From an uncultured delta proteobacterium (GTDB lineage: Bacteria > Desulfobacterota > Desulfomonilia > Desulfomonilales > Desulfomonilaceae), in NCBI GenBank assembly GCA_963789265.1, contig CAWBKB010000006.1, positions 401,393 through 465,392 on the forward strand: DNA of 64,000 bases, read 5' to 3'. This document shows, piece after piece, positions 32,744 through 44,688 of the stretch. A program made the position numbers and the translations under genes. The notes beneath the pieces are model-generated. The model was not told where the DNA came from and did no database searches. It worked only from the letters and a program-made list of their open reading frames with translations. Positions within the stretch are counted from its first letter, which is position 1. Each line of letters begins with the position of its first letter.

Positions 32744-32783
32744 GTTACAAAATTGTAAGTGTAGTGGTTTACAATTTTGTAAC
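32744..32783. promoter_or_regulatory. upstream activator sequence candidate
   Basis: Perfect 15-bp inverted repeat GTTACAAAATTGTAA-N10-TTACAATTTTGTAAC, about 110-150 bp upstream of the -24 element. Confidence 0.65.
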
Positions 32784-32849
32784 CCGCTATTTGGAGGGTG
32801 ACCATCCGAGTCTTGATGCCAGTGCGCGATCAAACGGTGAACAATCAAA

Positions 32850-33012
32850 GAAATACAGCACGGATCTGACAAAGCCCAGATCCGTGGCACCCAGGACCTG
32901 ATTTTGACTGGATGTTGGGGCCATCCCACGTCCCGCGGGAAGCACCATCATGGCGCCAGGTCAGTGCCGTTTAGCATCGGCCCATTCCCACTTGTTTGAA
33001 AGCGAATCAATA
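32850..33012 (+). repeat. dispersed repeat family C (MITE-like), copy 1
   Basis: Shares aaatacagcacggatc.gacaaagcc, cgtcccgcgggaagcacc.tcatgg.gccaggtcagtg and acttgtttga.agc with 49152-49315. Confidence 0.7.
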
Positions 33013-33102
33013 TGATGCCTCTGGCTGTGCACAAACTCTGAGTCGTTTGGGTCCGGTCATCATCTTTATCTATGAACCGAAGTTTTCTCGGTAGGTTTGG
33101 CT

Positions 33103-33333
33103 ATGAACACGGCGGACAAAAACAATCAAAATGAAGATCGAAAAGACCTATTTAACAGGCTTGGTTCGGAATCCATTACTTCGGAAAAGGAATCTTTACC
33201 ACCTGATGACGAATTTTTTCTCAGGCTACAGCGGAGCTATATCGAGGCGCGTAAAATGGAGTGGGTGCGCCGCATATTTGACGAGTTGCTTTCGGCTGCC
33301 TATGACTGTCATGGTGACGGATGCTGTTGCTGA
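33103..33333 (+). CDS. hypothetical protein
   Basis: Short ORF overlapping the start of the cereblon-like gene. Confidence 0.45.
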   Translation: MNTADKNNQNEDRKDLFNRLGSESITSEKESLPPDDEFFLRLQRSYIEARKMEWVRRIFDELLSAAYDCHGDGCCC

Positions 33334-33740
33334 GAGACCCTGTTCCAGTGGATCCATTGTATAATGTCCCTATGATTGGATATGTGAAGCTGCAGCGTGA
33401 AAACGACAAGAAGGAGCAGAAGCCTTACGTCTGTTCTCAATGCAGAACGGAGATCACTCATTCGGAAGCTCTCATCCCACTTAACGGGGCACGCGACCAC
33501 TCGTTCGTCAATCCCGTGGGTGTTCGGTGCAACTTCATGACATTTAATCATTGCGAAAACGTGATTGTGCACGACGAGATATATCTCCAACATTCATGGT
33601 TTCCCGGGTACGGATGGCGCATTGTTATATGTCGGGCCTGTCTTCAGCACTTGGGCTGGAAATATGATGCAGTAACGGCCAAGGCCCTGCCGTCGACTTT
33701 CTTTGGACTGCTTATTGATGCGATAGAGCAGGATTCATGA
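33321..33740 (+). CDS. cereblon-family (CULT domain) protein
   Basis: CxxC, HSFVNPVG and SWFPGYGW...CxxC..HLGWKY. Confidence 0.88.
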   Translation: MLLLRDPVPVDPLYNVPMIGYVKLQRENDKKEQKPYVCSQCRTEITHSEALIPLNGARDHSFVNPVGVRCNFMTFNHCENVIVHDEIYLQHSWFPGYGWRIVICRACLQHLGWKYDAVTAKALPSTFFGLLIDAIEQDS

Positions 33741-33791
33741 GGAGATCTGAGGCCTGAAAAGCGGGGCTTTCGGGGCGAGGACATCCGTCGT

Positions 33792-34097
33792 CTACCTTCG
33801 CAGGCTGAGAAGCAGCCGCTTCATGTGGCTCATGCCCGAGAATATCCCGCTGAGCCATCCACCCACGCATCCCGCGAGGAAAAGCTCAGCATTGGGGATC
33901 TGCCGAACCCGGATATTGTAATAGAGGAACAAGTCTACAACGCCGAACGAAATCATAGCGGCCAGGATGAAGACCCGTACAAAATTCTTGTCCGTAACCC
34001 GCAAGAAGGCCCCGACCACGTAGAATACCAGCATCAGCACTCCCAGCGATAGAGCGAACCCTAGAAAACCTGCCTTTATGAGAAGACCCAGATCCAT
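33792..34097 (-). CDS. small membrane protein
   Basis: Three hydrophobic segments; GAGG RBS. Confidence 0.6.
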   Translation of the reverse strand: MDLGLLIKAGFLGFALSLGVLMLVFYVVGAFLRVTDKNFVRVFILAAMISFGVVDLFLYYNIRVRQIPNAELFLAGCVGGWLSGIFSGMSHMKRLLLSLRR

Positions 34098-34407
34098 TTT
34101 ACCGATCCTCAGTTGAAGAAGACCTTTGATTGCAACAGTCCTTCGCAGAGAACGCAGAGACCGGGGAGAATTCTATTTTCGTGCACGTCGTTCCGATGGA
34201 ACGCGGCAAGTTCCGGCCTGTTGCGATGAAGGCGATTTCGGCTTGCCTATACGCGCTGAAGACTCACATGACGCTGAATAAGCTGTCGTTCTTCTCTTTG
34301 TTCTCGACGCATCTCGCGCATCGCTGGACGGTGAACCGAACAATGACCTTCCGGTCGTCACGCACAAAGAATCTCTGATCTTAGTTTTCATTGACGCCGC
34401 GCTATTT

Positions 34408-34452
34408 GAAACCGTCTCAAAACTATTTTGATGCCTAGAATCGTGGCACGAT
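34408..34452 (+). mobile_element. MITE family A, solo left end
   Basis: GAAACCGTCTCAAAACTATTTTGATGCCTAGAATCGTGGCACGAT. Confidence 0.7.
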
Positions 34453-34492
34453 AGCAACCCGGCGCATTTCCTCGCTTTTCCGCAAACGGCCT

Positions 34493-37400
34493 TCAGAATT
34501 CCAAAAGATCGAGTCCCGTGCTGCTAATCGCAGAATTCAGATCCTCCAGATCGCGGTGAAGACCCAAGTCACTGAACATTGCTTTTGCTTTTTCTAAATA
34601 CGCCTCCGTCTCGTGCCTGACAGGCTCCGAGGATTCACACTTGACCGACCGCGTGCGCACAGCTATTTCCGCATAGGTCCTTGCAAGCTCGGGACGTGCG
34701 CCAAGGCTTTCTCCTACTCTAATCGCCTTGTGCCACCACTTCAAAGCCCTTTTTCGATCGCCGATCAACCATTTATACACACCCATGAGTCTATAGGAGT
34801 CCGTTCGATATAACGCCGCTTTCTGACATGTCTTGATCAGCATCTTTCCTGACTTTAAAGCACTTCTCCGCCATTTGCAGGATTCTTCTCTGTGGCCCCT
34901 ATTAAGAGAGTCTTCCAGGCGCAGCAGGTAGTACCTCGAACTCACTTCGATAAAAGGGTGACAACTGTATGGGAGCGGCTTTCACTTCAGATCTGATTTG
35001 GTTGGCTTGATCCAGCGATTCTCCAGCCCCCGCCGTATCTTTCATCGAGAGATGTGTCAAGGCCTTTAGAGAATACATAGTGAATATGGCTGAACGCCAA
35101 CCCTTTCTTTCGACAAGATCAATTCCACGATTCACTTCAGTGGTTGCTGCCTCCAGGTGGCGGCATTCAATGAGCAGACAAACATTGAGCAGATATTTAA
35201 AGAGGCGGCAAATATCGTTTTCATAGGTTTCGGCGATTTCACTCAGTTTTGACACCATCAATCTTGCTGCATCAAAATGGCCCTGGCAGACTTTAGGAAG
35301 TCCGTGCCAGGCATATTGGTGGCCTGCATCCCACGTTTCTCCAATTCTCAGGCCCCTGTTAACTAGACCCTCGTCATACTCGCTGATCTCGTTCCACCGC
35401 CCTGTGAGAAAAAGGTGCTGCGTGTGCAAGAGATCGTAATTAATCCATTGCTTGACATCATCAGGGGCCAGCCTGGGCTTTGCATAATCCAGGATCCTTC
35501 TGCCGACACTCAGGGAAAGACCGGTGAAGGTAAAAAGAGCACTGGAGCCGACAAAGATCCCAAGCCCGAATTTGAATTTTGTCAGATCGAGACGGACGAT
35601 TGTGTTATAGAAGAAGAAAGATTCGATGAAAAACCGCTTGGGGTCGATGACAACGAGGGCTCCGGCTCTCTTGTAAAACAGGTTTACTGCTTCAGCCTCC
35701 TTGTGTGTCGGGAGTCTTTTGAACCAGAAAGATGGAAAGTACAGGGCCAGGAGGAAGGTAATAAAACTCCATAGGAACCTGAAGCCCCTTGAAAATGCAT
35801 TCTTGGGTAACTTGCCCCAATAGTAGTTTAGAGCCTCGTCGAAATACTCTACCGCTTCAGTGTAGTATCCTCTGTTAAAGAGAGCGAGCCCGATGTTCTT
35901 TTCAAGCACGGCCACCTTTTCGGGTTCGGCACTCTCTCCTCGCAGCATTAGATAAATGCGGAGCGCTTCCTGGTAGTAGTGGAGGGCCTCATCAGATGCA
36001 GCAGACCTTGATGCCTCTTCACCGGCCTCGATCAGGCACTCTTCGGCCTTTTCCCACGCTTCAGCTCTTGAATAGTGGTATGCGAGAAGACCAAAAAACT
36101 CCTCGAGGCGGTTCACAAACAATTGTTCGATAGCGGCTCCCACCCTGGCATGAAGAGTCTTGCGTTCGGGCTTGCCGATGTTCTCGTAAATGGCTTCATG
36201 AGCCAGGTCGTGATTGAACATGTACGCGGACTCCGATGTCCGAGTGTCCTTTAGGATCAATCCCAGCCTCTCGAGGGTCGCCAGTTGTTCCGGAAGCTCA
36301 GGAGGGGATTGGACGACCGCGCGCAGAACGCGGTAGGGAAAACGGCGGCCAACGACTGCCGCAACCTTCACCACCTCCTTCAATTCCTCATCCAACAAAT
36401 CCACCCGGGCCCTGATAATGCCCTGAATGGTCCTTGGAACCTTCATCGTCTCGATCTCGGTGGTGAGACGCCACTCGTTGGACGATGAGTCTCTGGTACA
36501 GAAGGCTTTCATCAATAAGCGACCGAATGATCTCCTCGATAAAGAATGGATTGCCTTCCGCCTTATCAATGATCTTGTCGCGCAGAGCAGAGAGGTGGCT
36601 CCCATTGTTCAGGAGATTGGCAACCAGTTTCGCACTTTGAAGCGAAGACAGAGGGGCAAGACGGATTTCGTCGTATCGATCATGATACACCACCGTCAGC
36701 ATCTCGCGTAATTGAACCGCGGGGCCCTCCATCGTAGGACGGCTCACTCCAAGCATGAGAAGCGGGACGCTGTAAATCAAGGGAAGCAAGTGCTGAAGCA
36801 TTAGTGCGGATGATTCGCCCATCCACTGAATGTCCTCGAACACTAGCACCAACGGCTGCATCCGAGCGATCCTTTCAAAGAAGTGGCGTGAGGATAGCAA
36901 TACCTGCCGGCGCATGGCTTCAGCCTGCAGATGCTCGATGTGCTCGGCAAATTCCTCTCGCACGTCCAAAGAAATCATTGTGGCCAGGAAGGGGAGAATT
37001 TCAGTCGTTCCGTCTTCAAAAAGTGTCTCAACTCGGATTCGCAGTTTGCGCCGAACATCATCTTCGTTATCCTGTTCTGTAATTCCTGCGTCCGCCCAAA
37101 TAAGTTGTCGGAACAGCCCGTAGGAAACCATTTTCTCCATAGAACTGGCGCTCGCTTCCAGCCATTGAACTTGAGACCGTGGGCTCGTGCCGATTACCTG
37201 ATCGCGTAGCTCCGCGATAAGGCGTGATTTGCCTATGCCCGCTTCGCCGATGATGGAAACAAAGCGGCCTTGACCTTGTTTCAGTCCTTCTATGCGACGT
37301 CTGAGCACCCTCAACTCTGCCTTGCGACCGACGACCCAAGAACTCATCCTCCTCACAGCTATGCGGTCCGTTTGGGAAGGTCCGGACCGGGCACGCAAAA

Positions 37401-38001
37401 GGCGATAACTCAGAATACCATCGGCTTGACCATGCACTTGAATCTCACCGAGGTTCTGGAAAGCGAACAGATGGGAAGTCAGCCGGTAGGTTTCTTGCGA
37501 TACGAGAATTTCACCCTGCTTCGACGAATCCTTGAGCATTTTTGCGGTCTTCACAGCCTCACCCGCGAACACAAGCTCTTGATGCTCGCGGTTGCCGATC
37601 CGTACGACCGTCACGTTCCCTGTGTCGATTCCGAAGCTCAGGTCCAACCTGAGTTTGCACTCCGCACTGACCTCCTCCAGCAACCGTACAATCTCCAATG
37701 CCGCGCGGCAGGCGCGCTCCGCATCATCGTCATGCGTGTCCGGTATCCCGAATACCGCCATAATGCTCTCACTGGTGAACTCGGCCATAAGCCCGTCGTA
37801 GTGCTCGATAACGCGCCGAAAACGTTCGAAATATCCTTTCAGCAGAGCACCCTCGGTTTGGACGTCCACGGAGTCAACATAGACCCGGAAGTCGGGAATT
37901 GCGGCTACTATGACGGTGGCGAGCTTGCACTCTGACGGACAAACATTCTCAGGAGCATCAATGTCATCCGACGCTCGTCCTATCTTTTCACTGATGGCCA
38001 T
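34493..38001 (-). CDS. class III cyclase-like / AAA ATPase / TPR protein, +1 frameshifts at about 36495 and 34934
   Basis: MAVFG.P..H.DDAERA, GEAGIGKSRL, VFEDIQW, AEGNPFFIEE and FNHDL; three ORFs join after removing single bases. Confidence 0.82.
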
Positions 38002-38356
38002 GGAGCATTTCCACATCCGGAACCGTGCGGGATCCACGCGAAATCAGTTCTCGCGTAGTCGATCTCGGCCCCCAAACATGCTACAATCTTATTAAGAATT
38101 TTTTCTCGAACCGGCCCTTTCGATCTTGCGATGCTTCTGAGCAAAACGCCGGAGAGTCGTGCATCAGCATCTCACAGTCGAGCAAAGCCAAATGTTGACA
38201 AAATCTACTCACATCGGTGCAGTTTATGCCACAAACCACGGCCTTGCAACGGATATTTCGGCTTGACCGGGACTCACGTTTACAGGTACGATAACATTAG
38301 GCAGCATAGGAGTGAGTTATGAGAGTTCGCGCCTGCCACTTGATCGGGGGAATTGA

Positions 38357-41293
38357 ATGGGGAAAACATTACCCGGTGGAGTTGCTCCAATCAGCTCCAT
38401 ATCGACCTATGAGATCAGTAAGCTCGAATCATCCGTAGCTTGGCAATTCTATTCGTCTTGTCGCGGCCGATACAAACTTGCAATCCTCGGTGCTTTGTTG
38501 CTTGCGGCCGCACTTTGGGAGGTAGTGCCCGGTGGCCACATTCTGGCTTGGCTAGGCGCTGTTCTTGTGTCTCAGATTTCAAGTCAAGCTATGTGCTCGG
38601 CCTTTGGTAGGGCATCGGCGGCCGGCAGCTCCGAGACTTATTGGAAGTGGCTATTTGCGGCTGGCGTGGCGATCAGCGCCCTTGTGGCCGGCATTGCAGG
38701 AATCTACCTGTTCCCCGTCGGATCAATGCCCCACCAATTTGTTCTCGCGCTCTATCTGGCTTGTATAGGCTGTGTGGCAGTGATCACGTATTCCGCGTTC
38801 CTGCCATCCAGCATAATTGCCATTCTCCTGGTAATGCTTCCCTTATGCGGTAATTTCGCGAGTCAAAGATCACAATTCGGGTACACCATGGGCGCAGTGC
38901 TTTTGTTGTTCACTGTAGCATTGATTAGCGCCGCCGCCCACATGCATAGGGTCCTGATGGAAACCCTGAAACTGCGAATTGAAAAGGATGGGCTGATAGA
39001 ATCTCTGTCGCGCGAAAAGGAGAAGATTGAAGGCCTCAACGCCGAACTCGAAGCAGAAGTGCTGGAGCGAAGACTTATTGCCGAATCTCTCAGCAGAAGC
39101 GAAGATAGATACCGTGCCGTCGTACAGGGCCAAACTGAATTCGTTTGCAGGTGGCTTGCGGACTATGGCCTCTCATTCGCCAACGAGGCGTACCGACGCT
39201 ATTTGCACGCGGACCCCGATGACTTGTTAGGCCGTAGCTTCCTGGAGGTTGTGCATCCAGCCGACTTGGAACAGGTTCTTGGTTTCTTTGAATCGATTAG
39301 TCAAGGCACCGGTCCGGAGATATGTGAATACCGAGTGAACATGCCTGGAAAGGAGATCCGGTGGCTTCAATGGACCTGCCGGCCGATACTTGACAAACTG
39401 GGTCAAGTGAAAGAGTACCAGGGCGTTGGGAGGGACATCACGGCTCGAAAGAAAGCGGAAGAAGCGCTGGCGGCGTCGGAGGAGAAGTATCGGTCAATTG
39501 TGGAGAACGCCGGTGAAGGAATTGTGGTCGTCCAAGGGACCAAAGCCGGATTTGTGAATCCTAAAATACTAGCATATACCGAGTTGTCGGAAGATGTATT
39601 GAAGGCAGGTGAATTTATTGATTTCTTTCATCCTGACGACAGACAATTGTTGAAGGATGCCTGCCTAAAAGCGACCCAGGGAGAAGAGCCGCCATCAGCA
39701 GAACTCAGATTCCTGAACAAGACCGGAGACAGATCATGGTTTCAGCTCAAGGCGGTAGGTATTTCATGGGAAGGCAAACAGGGAATACTCGGATTCATCA
39801 CAGACGTCACCTGGCGCAAGGAAGCGGAACGAGCACTGCAAAAATCTCATGAAGAGCTTGAAGTAAGAGTCCGGGAACGAACAGCCGAACTGAACGAAAT
39901 GAACAAGAAGTTGCAGCTTGAGATTGCAGACAGACTCCATGCCGAGGAGTCATTACGTAACAGTGAACAACGCTTTCGGACAATATTCGAGAAAGCTCGG
40001 GACTGCATATTCGTTAAAGACATACAGCTTAGATACACTCACCTCAATCCGGCGATGCAAGCTATAATTGAAGCGGATGAATCGGATACTACAGGATTGA
40101 CCGATAGAGATCTGTACGGGGACGACCAAGCAGTTCGCCTTATGGATGAAGACATGCGGGTCCTGGTCGGCCAAGTTGTAGAAGCGGAACATACTCTCAT
40201 GCTTAAGGGGCGCGAACTTACTTTCAACTGCGTCAAGGTCCCTATGATAAATTCTTCAGGCGAGATCGTGGGGCTGTGCGGGATCGCGCGTGATGTCACC
40301 GAACGCTCGCGTACAAAGTCGCAACGACAGAGGAGTGGCTTGGACTTTGGGTCAAAGTTCATGACCAAAACTCTGAACCAAGTTCGGTTAGCCGCCAAGA
40401 GTGACAGTCTTGTCCTGTTACTCGGAGAAAGCGGCAGCGGCAAGGATTTTCTTGCAGGACATATCCATCATTTGTCTCCTCGATCCGGGGGGCCGTTTTT
40501 TGCGATAAATATGGCTGCTGTAGCTCAGGAGCTTGCTGAATCGGAACTGTTCGGTCATGAGGCAGGCTCGTTTACAGGGGCTCGAACTCGGAAACGTGGG
40601 ATGCTGGAGCTTGCCGAAGGCGGCACGCTCCTGCTGAACGAAATTGGGGAGTTATCCCTTACGCTCCAGGCAAAACTCCTGACTTTTCTAGACACGCGAT
40701 CTTTCACGCGTGTCGGCGGTGTGGCAAACATAGAGGTGGACGCCCGACTCATTGCAGCCACAAACCGTGATCTCGGGAAGGAAGTGGAAGCCGGCCGCTT
40801 TCGTCACGATCTTTATCACCGGCTCAATGTATTCTCCATACGAGTGCCGTCGCTGCGCGACCGGTTGGATGACCTTCCGTTGCTCGTTGAGACGATATTG
40901 AGCCAGTTGTGCGCCAAGTTAGGCCGGGGCGAGGTTCCTCCCATGGATGCCCGGTGCCTGCCAATGATGGTGCACTATCACTGGCCTGGTAACGTAAGAG
41001 AATTGAAAAACGTCTTGGAACGCGCCTTGATCCTCTCGGACGGCGGTAAAATAAAGCCGGAGGCCATCCGGCTCTGGGAACACCAAAACGTGAGCAAAGA
41101 ACAGGACAACTGGTTTTACGTCGTTCATTTCCCGGATCAGTATAAGAATTTGAACGATGTATGGAACAGCGTAAAGTCGGAGTTGCTGAAGGAGGCCCTC
41201 CGCCGCACGTCCGGTGTCAAGAAGGATGCTGCGAATCTCTTGGGGATTTCTGTCGATTCGTTTAAGTACCAATCCAAAACCGTCGGCGTGTGA
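38357..41293 (+). CDS. membrane-anchored multi-PAS sigma54-dependent activator
   Basis: N-terminal TM bundle, three PAS/PAC domains, GESGSGKD, ESELFGHEAGSFTGA, WPGNVREL and a Fis HTH. Confidence 0.9.
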   Translation: MGKTLPGGVAPISSISTYEISKLESSVAWQFYSSCRGRYKLAILGALLLAAALWEVVPGGHILAWLGAVLVSQISSQAMCSAFGRASAAGSSETYWKWLFAAGVAISALVAGIAGIYLFPVGSMPHQFVLALYLACIGCVAVITYSAFLPSSIIAILLVMLPLCGNFASQRSQFGYTMGAVLLLFTVALISAAAHMHRVLMETLKLRIEKDGLIESLSREKEKIEGLNAELEAEVLERRLIAESLSRSEDRYRAVVQGQTEFVCRWLADYGLSFANEAYRRYLHADPDDLLGRSFLEVVHPADLEQVLGFFESISQGTGPEICEYRVNMPGKEIRWLQWTCRPILDKLGQVKEYQGVGRDITARKKAEEALAASEEKYRSIVENAGEGIVVVQGTKAGFVNPKILAYTELSEDVLKAGEFIDFFHPDDRQLLKDACLKATQGEEPPSAELRFLNKTGDRSWFQLKAVGISWEGKQGILGFITDVTWRKEAERALQKSHEELEVRVRERTAELNEMNKKLQLEIADRLHAEESLRNSEQRFRTIFEKARDCIFVKDIQLRYTHLNPAMQAIIEADESDTTGLTDRDLYGDDQAVRLMDEDMRVLVGQVVEAEHTLMLKGRELTFNCVKVPMINSSGEIVGLCGIARDVTERSRTKSQRQRSGLDFGSKFMTKTLNQVRLAAKSDSLVLLLGESGSGKDFLAGHIHHLSPRSGGPFFAINMAAVAQELAESELFGHEAGSFTGARTRKRGMLELAEGGTLLLNEIGELSLTLQAKLLTFLDTRSFTRVGGVANIEVDARLIAATNRDLGKEVEAGRFRHDLYHRLNVFSIRVPSLRDRLDDLPLLVETILSQLCAKLGRGEVPPMDARCLPMMVHYHWPGNVRELKNVLERALILSDGGKIKPEAIRLWEHQNVSKEQDNWFYVVHFPDQYKNLNDVWNSVKSELLKEALRRTSGVKKDAANLLGISVDSFKYQSKTVGV

Positions 41294-41677
41294 TTGCCGC
41301 ACCGGTCGACTTGACCGATCCATCGGTGAATCCCACCTGCGAAATAAGATAGCGGATTTACATCATTTGCCAGGAGTGGTTATACTTCCGTAGGTGAATT
41401 TCACACGTTGAGCCGGGTCTACCTTCTAGTCGGTAAAAAGTCCTTTCAACAGCCTGATACTCTCTCATCTCCCTGATTTAACTTGAATTGCACGTGAACA
41501 CCACATCAGCCGGTCCCATTTGGTACGTAAAGTGCAGAGTAGGCACCACCAACCTACCTTGCATGGGGGAGCTCACGGCCAATAATCGACCTGGGCTCCC
41601 AATTTCAGAATCGCCATGAGAGAAAAGAATCAAACCGGGAGGGGAGAGTGTCATGTGCAACAGATTATACGTGTTTA

Positions 41678-41840
41678 TAGCCAATGCCAAAAGTAATGAC
41701 CTGTTCACCACCCGTCGCCCCGGCGAAGGCCGGGGTCCAGTCCCGCGAGGAACGCGGGATTGAAAAGACTGGATTCCGGCCTTCGCCGGAATGACGGTGT
41801 CAGGCTATCTCCAATCGGACAGAACTTTTGGCAATGGGTG
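41678..41840 (+). mobile_element. MITE family B (TA-flanked), copy 1
   Basis: Ends TAGCCAATGCCAAAAG / CTTTTGGCAATGGGTG, flanked by TA; near-identical to 60281-60430. Confidence 0.8.
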
Positions 41841-42330
41841 TAGTGGAACTATCCTTCTTTTGCTACTGTCGTCTGCGGGATTTGCACAGGAGTTGGGCTG
41901 GCGATCATGCCATGCTCAAGCCGCGGCGCGGCAAACGTGGTAAAATCACAGGGCAGGCTGGCTGTGGCAAAGGTCCTGTACGATGCCGCTCAAGCGATTT
42001 ACGAGCGCAATGGAGGATTGGACCGGGAACTCACTTCCATGTCTCTTGCAAAAGCAAGAATTTGGCCGGTGCTCCCCGAAGATTAGCCATCATCTCATCC
42101 GTGAAACCAAAGTCAGATATTGATAGCCTAAGAGCCCGGGTGACATGATGGTACGGAGAAAGTCCCACTTGGCATGACTGCGCCGACAATTGGGGTTGAG
42201 CGGCAGGCTCCCAGCATCTCCTGTAAATCCCGGACGTGTCCAGATCTGTGCACTTTCACAATCCCCATGCGCCCTCTCTAATGAAGGGGAAGAGGGGATT
42301 TTTATTACTTGTTTGAAAGCGCATAGGTCT

Positions 42331-42548
42331 ATAGGCTTTGCCAAAAGTTTTGACCGATTTGCCCCACGTCCCGCGGGGTCACCCCGGACTCCGATCCGAG
42401 GTCTGTAGGGGCAGTCCCGCTCCTCGCGGGATTGTGTCTGCCCTCTTCCGGGCACCCACCAGGGGTGCCCCTACAGTGGATTCCCGCGTACGCGAGAATG
42501 ACGGCTAAACGTCCACAGCGAAGTATGTTCAGCATTCTTGGCATCGGG
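42331..42548 (-). mobile_element. degenerate MITE family B copy with different cargo
   Basis: taggctttgccaaaagttttgaccgatt matches the reverse complement of the family B right end; the other end is eroded. Confidence 0.5.
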
Positions 42549-42651
42549 CGGCCAAACGGACTTTACTTTTGGCGGACGCTATAAGACGTCGCAACTGGAA
42601 GGTTATGCTCTGCAATTTGCACGAATTGTTTTTGTCAATATCCGATAAGAC

Positions 42652-43822
42652 TCAGGGAATGTCGCACACGAGTTGAGAAGGGGTGCAGTACGGAAGTATG
42701 ATGCGGACAGTTGTACCCACTCCGGGCTCTGATTCGATTTCGATTCTCCCGAGGTGCTTGTGAACCACTCTCTCCACTATGGCCAGCCCCATGCCTATAC
42801 CCTGAGAACGCGTGGAGAAGAAAGGGTCGAACATATACATCTTATCCTCATCACTGATCCCGGTCCCGTAGTCCTTCACTTCCAGTACCTGTGCCTTCAC
42901 CTATCTCGAAGATCGCGGCATCTACCGTTCCGCCGTCAGTTGAGAAACCAATGGCGTTTTCCAGGATTTGTTCGACCGCCAACCGAAACCAATACGGGTC
43001 AAACGTGACCGAGTGCTCTTCAGGTATGCGGCTATGGAACTTCAAAGTTATTTTATTCTTGAGGCCCACAGGAACCATTGCGGAGACCGTCTCACCCACC
43101 ACTTTCGAGATACTCCCTGTGACAAGGCTCATGGCAGGCAGATCACAGCACTGGCGAACTCGATCCGCCACCTTTTCCAGTTGATTCGCATGTTCAACGA
43201 TGATGCGACCGTATCGTCTCGTATCTTCGGGATTTTTGTCATCTTTCTGAATCCTGGCAGCGAATCCGCCGATAGTTACCATGGGATTTCTTATTTCGTG
43301 CGCGACCCCCATTGCCAATTTGTGTAGGCTTCTAATTTTTTCTTTGGCCGTCTTGTCCTTTTCGCAGAGCAGCTCTTTCTCTTGGCGGCGCAGGGTAAAG
43401 ATCTCTGTAATGTCTTTGAACAGTGCCACAAAGCCCATGATCGATGTCTCATGCTCCCCGAGAGCCATTAGATAAGAAGTTGTGGCGGCTAGGCGGCGCA
43501 CGGTCCCCCCTGGGTGATAGTAATCTACTTCAGTATAATTATTGATATTCTTGCCATGAATGACGTCAATAAAGATTCGATTGAAGTCATCATTCTTATC
43601 ATTCAGCAACAGCAGCATATCCAGGCCGTGCTCCATCAAATCATCAGGCGAGCAACCCAGGATTGAGCCGGTTATCCTATTTGCATAGAGCACACCGCCG
43701 TCCTGCCCCAGTACCAGAAGTGAGTCACTCATGCTGTCCAGAATGCTTCTGACTACAGGAGACTCCGTGACCCCTAGACCCATCAGAGACAGGACTGCAA
43801 GTCCTTGTTCTTGTAACTTCAA
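42652..43822 (-). CDS. PAS sensor histidine kinase, +1 frameshift at about 42888
   Basis: VAHEIRNP H-box and ENA N-box; the DYGTG, FDPFFST and GMGL boxes lie in the shifted frame. Confidence 0.88.
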
Positions 43823-44688
43823 TGTGAGTCACCAATCGTGCCGAGTATTCGAGCATGCTAACATATCGGCTAATGTTGATCAATCGTTGCCGCCGACCTA
43901 CGGATAAAAAGCCTCTGCCCTACGAAAGACAGACGACATACTTGACAAGAATTATTTCGATGTTTAGGCTAAGAGTGAATATAGGTGTCATTATGACGCC
44001 ATGAACTGAGAGTAATGAAAGCAGGTGACGAAGGAAATGTCGAAAGCTTTGTGGCGCAACTAAGTCGGAAGCTCCACAGTGAAGCTTGAGACCAAATTAG
44101 GGAACGAAAAACCGAGTGCCAGGTCAGATTGTTACAGTCGGATGCTTGGCAATGCTGCCGAATAATGTAGAGCGGGGACAGCGTTGGAAGAGAAATGATA
44201 GTAGGAACAATTGCAGACATTCGGAATGATTTCAGCGCCGGTAATGACAAGCTGGGGAGGTTTTTGAAGGCAAAAAGACTCGGTTGATCGGGCTCAAAGA
44301 AGTTTTCTTCGTGACCTTTCCGATCTTCGAGTAGACGGGCAACGGTTGTGAGAGCGAAAGTGGAAGCATGAATGCTCATGGGCTTCTTTTGAAGCAAGGC
44401 CGAAGATTAAATCCGACCCGTCTTCTCGATTCAAATTATTGTGTTGAGCGATATTGGGTTAGCACCTTTCTGATGGGTAATGAGAAGAGGTGCATGATTA
44501 AAAGGGCTGTGTATTGTTGAATACAACTTCATGTTCCTAAAGACAGAGTAGAATCGGGAGCAGCTTCGCTGTAAGCATTGCGCGCAATGACGTGAAAAAG
44601 TCGGTTCCAGATATCGAAGTGTGAAAATTATTGAGTTCTTACAGAACGTGAAGTGAACTGACGTAATACTAATTTTCTTGAGGTCTTT

